This document shows positions 17,571 to 26,897 of a stretch of DNA of 64,000 bases, piece by piece; within the stretch, counting starts at the first letter, position 1; every line of letters begins with the position of its first letter. This DNA comes from a virus (taxonomy: Duplodnaviria > Caudoviricetes): IMG/VR virus record IMGVR_UViG_3300044633_001982. One strand, written 5' to 3'. Under the pieces are notes generated by a model that did not search any database, was not told the DNA's origin, and saw only the letters and a program-made list of their open reading frames with translations. The translations under genes and the position numbers were made by a program.

Positions 17571-19328
17571 TTACTTACTATTGATTTCGTTAAGTATTTG
17601 TTCAACAATATCCGAGGACGTTCCGTCGTCACCCATTACAGTTCCTATTATTTTTTTCTTGTTATCTAAAATGTCATAAATTACCCCTTCAATTGTATTT
17701 TCAAAAATTGGGTAATATACGGAAACTGAATTTTTTTGACCATATCGGTACGCTCTATCTTCAGCTTGTGAATGGTCTGCGGGTACGAAAGATAAATCAT
17801 TCATAATACACGCCTCAGCCGCGGTTAATGTTAAACCAACACCTGCGGCTTTAATATTACCACAAAATACTTGAACTTTTTCATCAGTTTGAAATCTGTC
17901 AACAGCATCCTGTCTTGCGGGTTTTGTAGTTGACCCATCTAAATAAACTGATTTTTTACCAAAATGTTCATGTATTTTTTTTAGAGGTTCTGTAAAATTA
18001 CTAAAAATGATTACTTTTTTACCTTGTTCTAAAATATTTTCAGCTAACTCAATTGTTGTTGGTATTTTTTCTTCGGCAATAACTTGTCTTACTTTCATTA
18101 ATTTTGTAAACTGTATTGAAAGTGATTTAGATTCTTCTTGTCTATTATTATACCAATCATAGTACTCACCCATTAATCCTTCATAAAATTTTGATTTTAA
18201 TCTCAAATAAACAGGGGTCATTATTTTTTCAGGTAAATCTAAAACATCTGTTTTTAGTCTTCTTAAAATTTGACGAGAAGTTCTTTCTCTAAGTTCTTCT
18301 AAATTTGATGCACCTGTAACATTCCAAACTTTTTTATTACCAACCCTAAATTGATATCCGTTACAATATCTAATTGCGTACGCCATCCAATTCTGACTAA
18401 CAGGACTATCAATTAATTTTAAAAGATTGTAGTAATTCATTGGTCTTGATGTCATTGGAGTACCTGTTAATAACCAAAGTTTTTTAACATTCTTAGTTAA
18501 GTCCATTATAATTTTGGTTCTTTGTGCCTGAGCGTTAGAAACATAATGTGCTTCATCAATTATGATTAAATCAAAATTTGATTTGAATATTAATGAATTT
18601 TCTTTGTCCTTTGGGTCGTAAAAATTTTTAAGGATATCATAATTTGTAATTACAAAATCACTGTCCTCATATTTTTTACCTTCACAAATAAAAATATTTT
18701 TATCTGTATAATTTTTAATTTCTCTTTCCCAATTGATTTTTAAAGACGCTGGACAAATTATCAATATTTTTTTAGCACCACTTTCTAAACTTGCAATTAC
18801 TGTTGAGGTAGTTTTACCTAATCCCATATCGTCCGCTAAAATGAATTTATCATTTTTTAATAGTTTTTCTATCGCTTCTTTTTGGTGAGATAAGGGGGGT
18901 CGATTTTGATACTTAGAATAATCGACCTCAATTACATTTTCTTTATATTGTTTAACAATCGCGGCTTTAGGTATCCAAAAATCATGAATAGTTTCACCAC
19001 TATGAATCTTACCCCAAATATGATAAGATTTATCTTTTTCTATTAAAATTTTTTCTACATAAATTTTATCAGGCTCTTTTATAAATGGATTATCCTCGAC
19101 AAGTTTTTGTGAAAAATAAGAATCAATATCCACCCATTTTTTGGCAACTTTTGGAGTTGTGGTATAATAAGTTATTATATACTCACATTGAGCTCTAGTT
19201 GGGATGTGTTTTTTGTTTGTCTCACATTGTTTTTTAATTTTAAGTATATAGTTATTTGACCCTTCATAATTTTCTAAAATACTTAGGGCTTTTTGTTCAA
19301 TACTTAAATGTGAAGTTCCTGTTTCCAA
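17571..19328 (-). CDS. SNF2-family (SMARCAL1/HARP-like) DNA helicase/translocase
   Basis: LADDMGLGKT, DEAH, LTGTPM, GVGLTL and QAEDRAYRYGQ; TTG start. Confidence 0.93.
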   Translation of the reverse strand: METGTSHLSIEQKALSILENYEGSNNYILKIKKQCETNKKHIPTRAQCEYIITYYTTTPKVAKKWVDIDSYFSQKLVEDNPFIKEPDKIYVEKILIEKDKSYHIWGKIHSGETIHDFWIPKAAIVKQYKENVIEVDYSKYQNRPPLSHQKEAIEKLLKNDKFILADDMGLGKTTSTVIASLESGAKKILIICPASLKINWEREIKNYTDKNIFICEGKKYEDSDFVITNYDILKNFYDPKDKENSLIFKSNFDLIIIDEAHYVSNAQAQRTKIIMDLTKNVKKLWLLTGTPMTSRPMNYYNLLKLIDSPVSQNWMAYAIRYCNGYQFRVGNKKVWNVTGASNLEELRERTSRQILRRLKTDVLDLPEKIMTPVYLRLKSKFYEGLMGEYYDWYNNRQEESKSLSIQFTKLMKVRQVIAEEKIPTTIELAENILEQGKKVIIFSNFTEPLKKIHEHFGKKSVYLDGSTTKPARQDAVDRFQTDEKVQVFCGNIKAAGVGLTLTAAEACIMNDLSFVPADHSQAEDRAYRYGQKNSVSVYYPIFENTIEGVIYDILDNKKKIIGTVMGDDGTSSDIVEQILNEINSK

Positions 19329-19371
19329 ACTTTCAATATTACATTACTTATAATAATAAGTGAAATAAAGA

Positions 19372-19378
19372 TATTTAT
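19372..19378 (+). promoter_or_regulatory. TATTTAT late motif
   Basis: 4 nt before ATG 19383. Confidence 0.5.
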
Positions 19379-19382
19379 CAAT

Positions 19383-19898
19383 ATGTCACAAAGAAATGTA
19401 CCAATTACTCGTTTAGGAAAATTTTTTGGAGCCGAGGACTTCACATTAGATGTGGGTATGGGTAGAGAATGGCTAGAAGGGGATATGAACTTTACTTTGG
19501 TCTTATACAAAATCGATAAACAAAAGACAGATATTGATGATGTTTATGGGGAGGCTTTAGCTAACGGAATTAAATTTCTCACACCTGTCGAGTTTAAGGC
19601 ATATGTTCAAGTATCTGCACCTGAAAATAAAAATATAGGTACTAGTAAAATTAATCAATTTGAACCTGGTAATATTAGAATTTCAGTATATCAGTCACAT
19701 TTGGATGAATTAGGTATTGAAATTGAATATGGTGACTATATAGGGTATTATGAAAAAGAAAACCGTGTAAGATACTATACAGTTAATAATGATGGTAAAG
19801 TTGTTTCAGATAATAAACATACTTACGCAGGATATAAACCATTCTACAGAACAATAAATGCGTCACCTGTAGGACCAAACGAATTTAACGGAATATAA
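19383..19898 (+). CDS. Neck/head-closure protein (T4 gp14-like)
   Basis: DDVYGEALANGIKFLTPVEFKAYV resembles the gp14 D-x-L-Y-G-E motif; precedes the tail terminator gene. Confidence 0.6.
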   Translation: MSQRNVPITRLGKFFGAEDFTLDVGMGREWLEGDMNFTLVLYKIDKQKTDIDDVYGEALANGIKFLTPVEFKAYVQVSAPENKNIGTSKINQFEPGNIRISVYQSHLDELGIEIEYGDYIGYYEKENRVRYYTVNNDGKVVSDNKHTYAGYKPFYRTINASPVGPNEFNGI

Positions 19899-19899
19899 A

Positions 19900-20937
19900 A
19901 TGGGGTTACCTAAAAAAATAAAAAAAGACATTAGTCTTATCCCTAAAAAAGAAGGATTGTCTCGTAGGATAGAAATGCTTGATATGATTAACGAGCATGG
20001 AACATATCTACCAAAATCTATATTACACGAAGATTTGGATAGAGGGTTTTTAGATTTTGTTAAAAATGATTTAGAGATTAGTACTGATGGTGTTAAAGTA
20101 CCAATTATTGACATTATCATGACAACTCAAAACTGGTCAAATTACGCAAAAACTTGGTCATTTCAAAATTTAGATAAAAATCCTGAACCTCCTTTTGTGA
20201 CAACAATTAGAAATCCTGAAGTTAAATACGGTTCATTACCATCATTAATGTGGACTATTCCAAATAGAAAACAATATTTTTACGCAGCAGTACCAACGTG
20301 GGATGGTGAAAGAAAAGGGTACGATGTTTATACAATACCACAACCAGTACCTGTTGATATTACATACTCAGTAAAAATAGTTTGTAATAGAATGAGAGAG
20401 TTAAATAAGTTTAATAAAAAAGTAATAGAAAAATTTTCATCTCGTCAAGCTTACACAAATGTTAAAGGTCATTACATTCCAATAGTTATGAATGAAATTT
20501 CTGATGAATCAGTAATGGACGTTGAAAAAAGAAGATATTATATCCAAAGTTACGGGTTTACATTAATGGGGTTTTTAATTGATGAAGATGAATTTGAAGT
20601 TAAACCTGCAATTAATAGAGTATTACAATTAATTGAAACAGATACAAAAAAAGTGAAATCTAAAAAAATTAAAAATGAAACCGCTCCATCTTCAAGTTTA
20701 ACTTTAAATTTTGAAGGTGCGACCACAACGATTACACAAGAATTTAAATATACCGCCAACTTAACTGTTGAGTCTAAGGTTAATATTACAAATTATTATA
20801 TATACATTAATGGTCTTTTTTATGGGTCCAATTCATCAACCATTCAAATTAATAATGGTGATACTTTACAAATTGATATACAAAAAGTCACCTCGGAATT
20901 GGATTCTAAAATGTCATTAGGTATTGAGTTAATTTAA
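19900..20937 (+). CDS. Tail terminator/sheath stabiliser (T4 gp15-like)
   Basis: QPVPVDITYSVKIVC...RRYYIQSYGFTLMG resembles gp15 PVPY motifs; lies between neck and sheath genes. Confidence 0.65.
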   Translation: MGLPKKIKKDISLIPKKEGLSRRIEMLDMINEHGTYLPKSILHEDLDRGFLDFVKNDLEISTDGVKVPIIDIIMTTQNWSNYAKTWSFQNLDKNPEPPFVTTIRNPEVKYGSLPSLMWTIPNRKQYFYAAVPTWDGERKGYDVYTIPQPVPVDITYSVKIVCNRMRELNKFNKKVIEKFSSRQAYTNVKGHYIPIVMNEISDESVMDVEKRRYYIQSYGFTLMGFLIDEDEFEVKPAINRVLQLIETDTKKVKSKKIKNETAPSSSLTLNFEGATTTITQEFKYTANLTVESKVNITNYYIYINGLFYGSNSSTIQINNGDTLQIDIQKVTSELDSKMSLGIELI

Positions 20938-21084
20938 TTACTCTCCGTAAATATCATTTTTATTTGTACAATTTTTTTTAATTAACATTTCTATAAATTT
21001 ATTTATTTTAAGACCGTGCTTATCGCAATGTTTTTTTAGTAAATCGTGATGATATTCCGATATTTTTAAATTTTTAAATTTCAT
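20938..21084 (-). CDS. 48-aa ribbon-helix-helix DNA-binding protein (absent from the ORF track)
   Basis: Manual translation MKFKNLKISEYHHDLLKKHCDKHGLKINKFIEMLIKKNCTNKNDIYGE shows a strand-helix-G-helix CopG/Arc pattern; TATTTATA upstream on the minus strand. Confidence 0.7.
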   Translation of the reverse strand: MKFKNLKISEYHHDLLKKHCDKHGLKINKFIEMLIKKNCTNKNDIYGE

Positions 21085-21117
21085 AGGATAAAAAAGTAGA
21101 AAAAAATCATACCAAAA

Positions 21118-21125
21118 TATAAATA
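21118..21125 (-). promoter_or_regulatory. TATTTATA late motif (RHH gene)
   Basis: Divergent partner of the motif at 21163. Confidence 0.45.
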
Positions 21126-21162
21126 GATTAAGATATGTAAAGTTTTTTGAAAAACCTGAAAG

Positions 21163-21170
21163 TATTTATA
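21163..21170 (+). promoter_or_regulatory. TATTTATA late motif (sheath)
   Basis: 31 nt before ATG 21202. Confidence 0.55.
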
Positions 21171-21201
21171 GAAAAATAAATTATAAAAAAACTTACATTA
21201 A

Positions 21202-24200
21202 ATGGCTAAATCAAACACAGTTTTCGTTTCTCCAGGTGTGTATACATCTGAAAGAGATTTGAGTTTTGTGTCTCAAAATGTGGGTGTAACTACTTTAGGT
21301 ATTGTTGGTGAAACTATTAAGGGACCGGCATTTGAACCTATATTTGTCACTAACTATGACGAATTCCAACTTTACTTTGGAGGTACTTCACCTGAAAAAT
21401 TCATAAACACTCAAATACCTAAGTATGAGGCGGCGTATATCGCCAAATCTTACCTACAACAATCTAATCAACTTTTTGTAACTCGTGTATTAGGGTTATC
21501 CGGTTATGACGCTGGACCATCATGGTCTATCAGTACTGTTGCAAATGTTGATTGTGATACAATAATATTCACAGGGTCAACAAACTATTTACTTACATTT
21601 ACAGGTACATCCGCATCAACATCGTCAATAACATTTGGTTCGGTTCCAACTGCTTTAAATCCGAATATTTTCTCATTACCATACACTACATTTAATGGTG
21701 GGACATCATCAATTTCTGATGATATGAAATCATTGGTATTGAATATTATGAGGTCACAAGCAACTTCTGCATACACAGGTAGTATGTGGGGAACAATTCC
21801 GGCAAGTGCTTATACGTCGTATTCATCAGTTTACTCAGCAATTACAAATGAATACGGAGTTACCAGTTTATCGGCAATTACGTGTGATTCAAAAAACGAC
21901 CCATGGTTTTATTCCACATTTGGTTTAATGTATGGTGATTCATATTCAGGAATTTCATTTAATGCATCGGTAACATCATTATCGGGTACTGCTTATGGAA
22001 ACGCGGGTTCTTTTTCAGGATGTGTATCAGGTACTGTATTCTCATATTCAGGAACAGCATTTTCTGATTACAATGATATTGTTGTCGCAACTTTACGTTC
22101 TAGAGGTTTAGCTGATTACTCAAGTGATAACGGACCTGTTTATCAAGTTTCCGCAACAACTGCGTTGACTATGGTGTGTTCGGGGTCTTATTCAGGAGTA
22201 ACTAAGAATCCTTTATCAACATTCTTATTATCAGGAAATACTATAGATAATACTAATTTCACATATGAAGTTAATTTATTAGAAACTAGTCCTAATTTCA
22301 TTTCTAAAGTTCTTGGTGTATCTAATTTTAGTAAACCTAGAACAACGTTCCCTCTATTTGTTGAAGAAGCGTACACTACTTTAATTAATTACGCATACAA
22401 TAAAGGATATATTAGAGGTCTGAATTGTGGTTTAGACACATCTGCTAAAGCTAGAGATTTGACTACAGATTCTTTAGGATGGTACCTTGAACAATATCAA
22501 AGTGCCGAGTCTCCATGGGTTGTGTCAGAATTGAGAGGTAATAAAATTTATGAATTATTTAAATTTTTCACTATTTCAGATGGTAATAATTCTAATACAC
22601 AAGTTAAAATTACAGTTGCAAATATATCATTCACAAATGGTACTTTTGATGTAATTGTTAGAGATTTTTACGATACTGATAGTAACCCTGTTGTTGTTGA
22701 GAAATTCTCAAATTGTAGCATGGACCCTAACTTGAATAACTATGTTGCTAAGAAAATTGGTACCTCAGATGGTGAATACCAATTAAATTCTAAATATGTT
22801 ATGCTTGAAGTTAATGTTGATGCACCAATAGACGCGTTACCATGTGGATTTGAAGGATATATTAACAGAGAGTATCCTTCATCAAATTCGGCTTTCCCAA
22901 TATATAAGACAAAATATTATATTCCTGGTGAAACAATATATGACCCTCCTTTCGGTAATTCTGCTGGTGTTAATAACGACACTCAAAGTTCAGGAGACAA
23001 CGTTAGAAGAAGTTATTTAGGTTTCTCAAGTCAATTTGGTATTGATGAATCTTTATTAATTTATAAAGGTAAACAAAATCCTGTAAGTGATTTCTGTGAC
23101 GCAGTAACTGGTTCTGATTGGGCATATTTGTCAAGAGGATTCCATATGGATAGTGGGGCTACAGTTGTTACAATAGGTCAATTAAGTCCTAATTATAATG
23201 GTTTAACAACTTCAGGAAACCAAGCGTTTGATTGTGGGGTTGCGTCATTTAATACTGAACCAACTTCTGAAACTAATCCTTACTATAGATTATATTCTCG
23301 TAAATTCACTTTAGCATTACAAGGTGGTTTTGACGGATGGGATATCTACACTGAAAGAAGAACTAATTCTGACAGATTTGTGTTAGGTAGAAGTGGATAC
23401 TTGGCAGGTGCTTGTGTATCGACATCATATCCTTTAGCAACAGGTACAGGTATGTTTAAACAAATTACTGTAGGTGACAATAGTGTTGATTGGGCAAATA
23501 CTGACTATTATGCATATTTGTTAGGTCAAAAAACTTTCTCAAACCCTGAAGCGGTTAATATTAACGTATTTGTTACTCCTGGTATTGATATTGATAATAA
23601 TAGTAATTTAGTTGAGGCGTCTATTGATATGATTGAAAACGACAGAGCGGATTCAATCTATATTACGACAATCCCTGATTTTAATTTATTACAACCATCA
23701 ACTTCAGTTGATAATTTATATTACCCACAAGAGGTTGTAGATATTTTAGAAACTGCGGGTATTGACTCAAACTATACCGCAACTTACTATCCTTGGGTGT
23801 TGACTCGTGATACAGTTAATAATACCCAAATTTACTTACCTGCAACTGCTGAAGTAACAAGAAACTTGGCATTAACTGATAACATTGCGTTCCCATGGTT
23901 CGCAGCCGCTGGTTACACAAGAGGACTAGTAAACGCAATCAAGGCTCGTAAAAAGTTAACTCAAGAAGATAGAGACACATTGTACAAGGGTAGAATTAAT
24001 CCTATCGCAACATTCAATGATGTCGGAACAGTTATTTGGGGTAATAAAACACTTCAAATTAGAGAGTCAGCATTAGATAGAATTAACGTTAGAAGATTGT
24101 TGTTACAAGCACGTAAGTTGATTTCGGCAGTGGCTGTAAGATTATTGTTTGAACAAAACGACGCGGTAGTTAGACAACAATTCTTAGATGCGGTTAATCC

Positions 24201-24387
24201 AATCTTAGATTCTATTCGTAGAGACAGAGGTTTATATGACTTCAGAGTTACAGTTCAAAACACTCCTGAAGATTTAGATAGAAACCAAATGATAGGTAAG
24301 ATTTACATCAAACCAACTAAAGCTCTTGAATTTATTGATATTGAGTTCTTAATTACTCCAACTGGAGCTTCTTTTGAGAACATCTAA
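21202..24387 (+). CDS. Tail sheath protein (T4 gp18-like), 1061 aa
   Basis: FVSPGVYTSERDLS, WFAAAGYTRG, LYKGRINPI, WGNKTL, RINVRRLL and IYIKPTKALEFIDIEF. Confidence 0.95.
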   Translation: MAKSNTVFVSPGVYTSERDLSFVSQNVGVTTLGIVGETIKGPAFEPIFVTNYDEFQLYFGGTSPEKFINTQIPKYEAAYIAKSYLQQSNQLFVTRVLGLSGYDAGPSWSISTVANVDCDTIIFTGSTNYLLTFTGTSASTSSITFGSVPTALNPNIFSLPYTTFNGGTSSISDDMKSLVLNIMRSQATSAYTGSMWGTIPASAYTSYSSVYSAITNEYGVTSLSAITCDSKNDPWFYSTFGLMYGDSYSGISFNASVTSLSGTAYGNAGSFSGCVSGTVFSYSGTAFSDYNDIVVATLRSRGLADYSSDNGPVYQVSATTALTMVCSGSYSGVTKNPLSTFLLSGNTIDNTNFTYEVNLLETSPNFISKVLGVSNFSKPRTTFPLFVEEAYTTLINYAYNKGYIRGLNCGLDTSAKARDLTTDSLGWYLEQYQSAESPWVVSELRGNKIYELFKFFTISDGNNSNTQVKITVANISFTNGTFDVIVRDFYDTDSNPVVVEKFSNCSMDPNLNNYVAKKIGTSDGEYQLNSKYVMLEVNVDAPIDALPCGFEGYINREYPSSNSAFPIYKTKYYIPGETIYDPPFGNSAGVNNDTQSSGDNVRRSYLGFSSQFGIDESLLIYKGKQNPVSDFCDAVTGSDWAYLSRGFHMDSGATVVTIGQLSPNYNGLTTSGNQAFDCGVASFNTEPTSETNPYYRLYSRKFTLALQGGFDGWDIYTERRTNSDRFVLGRSGYLAGACVSTSYPLATGTGMFKQITVGDNSVDWANTDYYAYLLGQKTFSNPEAVNINVFVTPGIDIDNNSNLVEASIDMIENDRADSIYITTIPDFNLLQPSTSVDNLYYPQEVVDILETAGIDSNYTATYYPWVLTRDTVNNTQIYLPATAEVTRNLALTDNIAFPWFAAAGYTRGLVNAIKARKKLTQEDRDTLYKGRINPIATFNDVGTVIWGNKTLQIRESALDRINVRRLLLQARKLISAVAVRLLFEQNDAVVRQQFLDAVNPILDSIRRDRGLYDFRVTVQNTPEDLDRNQMIGKIYIKPTKALEFIDIEFLITPTGASFENI

Positions 24388-24404
24388 TATTAAACAATAA
24401 TTAT

Positions 24405-24430
24405 AAAAACCCCCTTATTGGGGGTTTTTT
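24405..24430 (+). terminator. Rho-independent terminator after the sheath gene
   Basis: AAAAACCCCC-TTATT-GGGGGTTTTTT. Confidence 0.85.
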
Positions 24431-24441
24431 ATTTTAAACAA

Positions 24442-24449
24442 TATTTATA
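24442..24449 (+). promoter_or_regulatory. TATTTATA late motif (HAD gene)
   Basis: Just after a terminator, 4 nt before ATG 24454. Confidence 0.55.
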
Positions 24450-24453
24450 TAAT

Positions 24454-25296
24454 ATGAAAAGAATTTTTGAAGGTTTCACAGAAGAGGGTACTCCTGATTT
24501 AAAATATTATGCATTTGATTGGGATGATAATATAATGTATATGCCAACTAAAATTATCTTAAAAGAAAAAAATGGTAAAGAGGTTGGTATGGGTACACAT
24601 GATTTTGCAAAATACCGTACATTAATTGGAAAAGAAGAGTTTGAATATAATGGCAATACTATTGTAGGATTTTCAGATGACCCGTTTAGATATTTTGGAG
24701 AAAAAGGTGATGAAGAATTTTTGATTGGTTGTTTGATGGCGAAAAAAGGTCCTGCTTGGAGTGATTTTGTAGAAGCAATAAATGGTGGGTCAATTTTTTC
24801 AATAATTACTGCAAGAGGTCATCACCCAAATACATTAAAAAGAGCGGTAAAACAATTAATTGACGGTGAAATCGACGGTATTTCTAAACAAGAAATTGTT
24901 AAAAATTTAAAAAAATATAGAGATAAAGTTAAAGGACTCCCAACTGAAAAATTAGATGATAATACACTTATAAATTTATATTTAGAAATGTGTCAATTTT
25001 ATCCTGTTACACATGGTGAAGGAAGTGCGACAAATCCTGAAGACGGTAAAGTTAAAGCTATGAGAAAATTTATATCATATGTCAGACAACAGGCGAAACT
25101 TTTACAAAAAGACGTAGAAATGATTGACGATGTATCTAATTCGTTTGTACCACAAATAGGTTTTTCAGATGATGATGAAAGAAATTTACAGGCTATGATT
25201 AATAAATTATCTGATGACGAAGAAAAATCTTTAAAAATGTATACTACTAAGACTGGTGAAAAAAAGAAGTTTCAAGGAAGCAATACTGAAGACTAG
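24454..25296 (+). CDS. HAD-superfamily phosphatase-like protein
   Basis: YAFDWDDNI (motif I), IITARGH (motif II) and GFSDDDERN (motif IV). Start moved to 24454, after the terminator and TATTTATA. Confidence 0.65.
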   Translation: MKRIFEGFTEEGTPDLKYYAFDWDDNIMYMPTKIILKEKNGKEVGMGTHDFAKYRTLIGKEEFEYNGNTIVGFSDDPFRYFGEKGDEEFLIGCLMAKKGPAWSDFVEAINGGSIFSIITARGHHPNTLKRAVKQLIDGEIDGISKQEIVKNLKKYRDKVKGLPTEKLDDNTLINLYLEMCQFYPVTHGEGSATNPEDGKVKAMRKFISYVRQQAKLLQKDVEMIDDVSNSFVPQIGFSDDDERNLQAMINKLSDDEEKSLKMYTTKTGEKKKFQGSNTED

Positions 25297-25348
25297 TACA
25301 AATATTTCTAAAAAAAAATAAAAGTAAATAGATTTTTCTTTTGTGATA

Positions 25349-25356
25349 TATTTATA
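25349..25356 (+). promoter_or_regulatory. TATTTATA late motif (tube)
   Basis: 34 nt before ATG 25391. Confidence 0.55.
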
Positions 25357-25390
25357 AGAGAATAAAACAGAAAAAAAACAAAAAGAAACT

Positions 25391-25879
25391 ATGGCTGATT
25401 TGCTGATGAAAATGCCGATTCCTTACGAACCGAAAAGGCAGAATAGATTTATATTAAGATTTGATTCTTCTTTAGGAATCAATGAATGGTTTGTAGAATC
25501 TACAAGTAGACCACACATCACAATCGGTGCTACGGAGATTCAATTCTTAAACACTTCTACATTCGTAGCTGGTAGATTTAACTGGCAGACAATTAACGTT
25601 ACGTTCCGTGACCCAATTGGACCTTCAGCTGCTCAGGCTCTTATGGAGTGGGTTCGTTTACATGCTGAATCTGTAACAGGACGTATGGGTTACGCTGCGG
25701 GTTATAAGAAAAACATTGATTTAGAAATGTTAGACCCGACAGGTGTTGTTGTTGAAAAATGGTTGTTACAAGATACGTTCTTAACTGACGTTAACTTTAA
25801 CCAATTATCTTACTCACAAGATGGATTGGCAACTATCACGGCAACTTTAAGACCTGATAGATGTATCTTAGTTTACTAA
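25391..25879 (+). CDS. Tail tube protein (T4 gp19-like)
   Basis: 162 aa; EPKRQNRF, WQTINVTFRD, EWVRL, GYKKNIDLEMLDPTGVVVEKW and LSYSQD. Confidence 0.9.
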   Translation: MADLLMKMPIPYEPKRQNRFILRFDSSLGINEWFVESTSRPHITIGATEIQFLNTSTFVAGRFNWQTINVTFRDPIGPSAAQALMEWVRLHAESVTGRMGYAAGYKKNIDLEMLDPTGVVVEKWLLQDTFLTDVNFNQLSYSQDGLATITATLRPDRCILVY

Positions 25880-25897
25880 TATAAAAAAATATTTTTT

Positions 25898-25924
25898 AAA
25901 AACCTCACATATGTGGGGTTTTTT
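25898..25924 (+). terminator. Rho-independent terminator after the tube gene
   Basis: AAAAACCTCAC-ATAT-GTGGGGTTTTTT. Confidence 0.8.
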
Positions 25925-25976
25925 GTTTACTATGAAATAATGTTAGATTATTTTAATTAATAAAACACAAACAAAT

Positions 25977-26729
25977 ATGGACTCAAGAGAAGCCGGACAA
26001 ATGAATTTTAATTTACCACACGATATAGTGACACTACCAAGTGGGGGTAAATTTTATAAAAATAAAAAGAAAAGTGTTAAAGTTGGATTTTTAACTGCTT
26101 CAGATGAAAATCATTTAGTTAATATTAAAAAAGCTGATTCACAATCTATCATAAATGCAATTGTTAGAAACAAACTTTATGAACCTGATATGAAACCAGA
26201 ACAGATGTTAGATGGGGATATTGAAGCGGTTTTGGTATTTCTTAGAAATACTTCATTTGGTCCTAATTATAGTATACCTGCAATTGACCCTGCAACTGGA
26301 GAGTCATTTATTGCAAATATAGACCTATCTGAGTTAGATATTAAAAAAACTAAAGAAGAACCTGATGGTGAGGGTTTGTTTGTTACAACATTACCTAAAA
26401 GTAATGTATCCGTTAAATTAAAACTTTTAACGTTTGGTGAAGACTTAGAAATTGAAAGACAACTAGAAGGTTACCCACAAGGACTTACTCCACCAAGAAT
26501 TACAAAAAGACTATTAGAACAGATTGTTGAATTAAATGGTACGAGAGATAAAGGTGAAATATCCAAGTCAATTGAAAAAATGCCAATTACTGACTCAAAA
26601 TATATTCGTAATTTTTTGAGTGAAAACGAGCCAAGATACGATTTAACAAAAGAAGTTATCGCCCCGTCCGGAAAAAAGGTATCCTTGAGGATAGCCTTTG
26701 GGGTGGAGTTTTTTCGGCCTTTCTTCTGA
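25977..26729 (+). CDS. Tail assembly chaperone / baseplate hub assembly protein (T4 gp26-like)
   Basis: VTLPSGGKFY, FLTASDE and GDIEAVLVFLRNTSFG; lies between tube and tape-measure genes. Confidence 0.75.
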   Translation: MDSREAGQMNFNLPHDIVTLPSGGKFYKNKKKSVKVGFLTASDENHLVNIKKADSQSIINAIVRNKLYEPDMKPEQMLDGDIEAVLVFLRNTSFGPNYSIPAIDPATGESFIANIDLSELDIKKTKEEPDGEGLFVTTLPKSNVSVKLKLLTFGEDLEIERQLEGYPQGLTPPRITKRLLEQIVELNGTRDKGEISKSIEKMPITDSKYIRNFLSENEPRYDLTKEVIAPSGKKVSLRIAFGVEFFRPFF

Positions 26730-26745
26730 TTACTACGAAGTACAA

Positions 26746-26871
26746 ATGAATGAGTTTCTTTTATTATCAATGAAACTCAATATGTCCTACGAAGATTTCT
26801 TACTTATACCGGTATTCCAAAGAAGGTATTTAATTAATAAATTAGTTGAAATGAATACTCCTAAGGAATAA
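26746..26871 (+). CDS. Short gp51-like / chaperone extension ORF (41 aa), possibly reached by +1 frameshift
   Basis: Manual translation MNEFLLLSMKLNMSYEDFLLIPVFQRRYLINKLVEMNTPKE; this +1 frame is already open across the last codons of the upstream gene. Confidence 0.7.
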   Translation: MNEFLLLSMKLNMSYEDFLLIPVFQRRYLINKLVEMNTPKE

Positions 26872-26886
26872 AAATTTTTTTTTAGT

Positions 26887-26894
26887 TATTTATA
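26887..26894 (+). promoter_or_regulatory. TATTTATA late motif (tape measure)
   Basis: 3 nt before ATG 26898. Confidence 0.5.
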
Positions 26895-26897
26895 TGT

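Noticed and set aside
17558-17632. Longer SOD start given by the ORF track
   Set aside because: It overlaps the helicase end and spans the TATTTAT motif; ATG 17557 fits better.
24418-24453. Longer HAD start given by the ORF track
   Set aside because: It begins inside the terminator hairpin; ATG 24454 is used instead.
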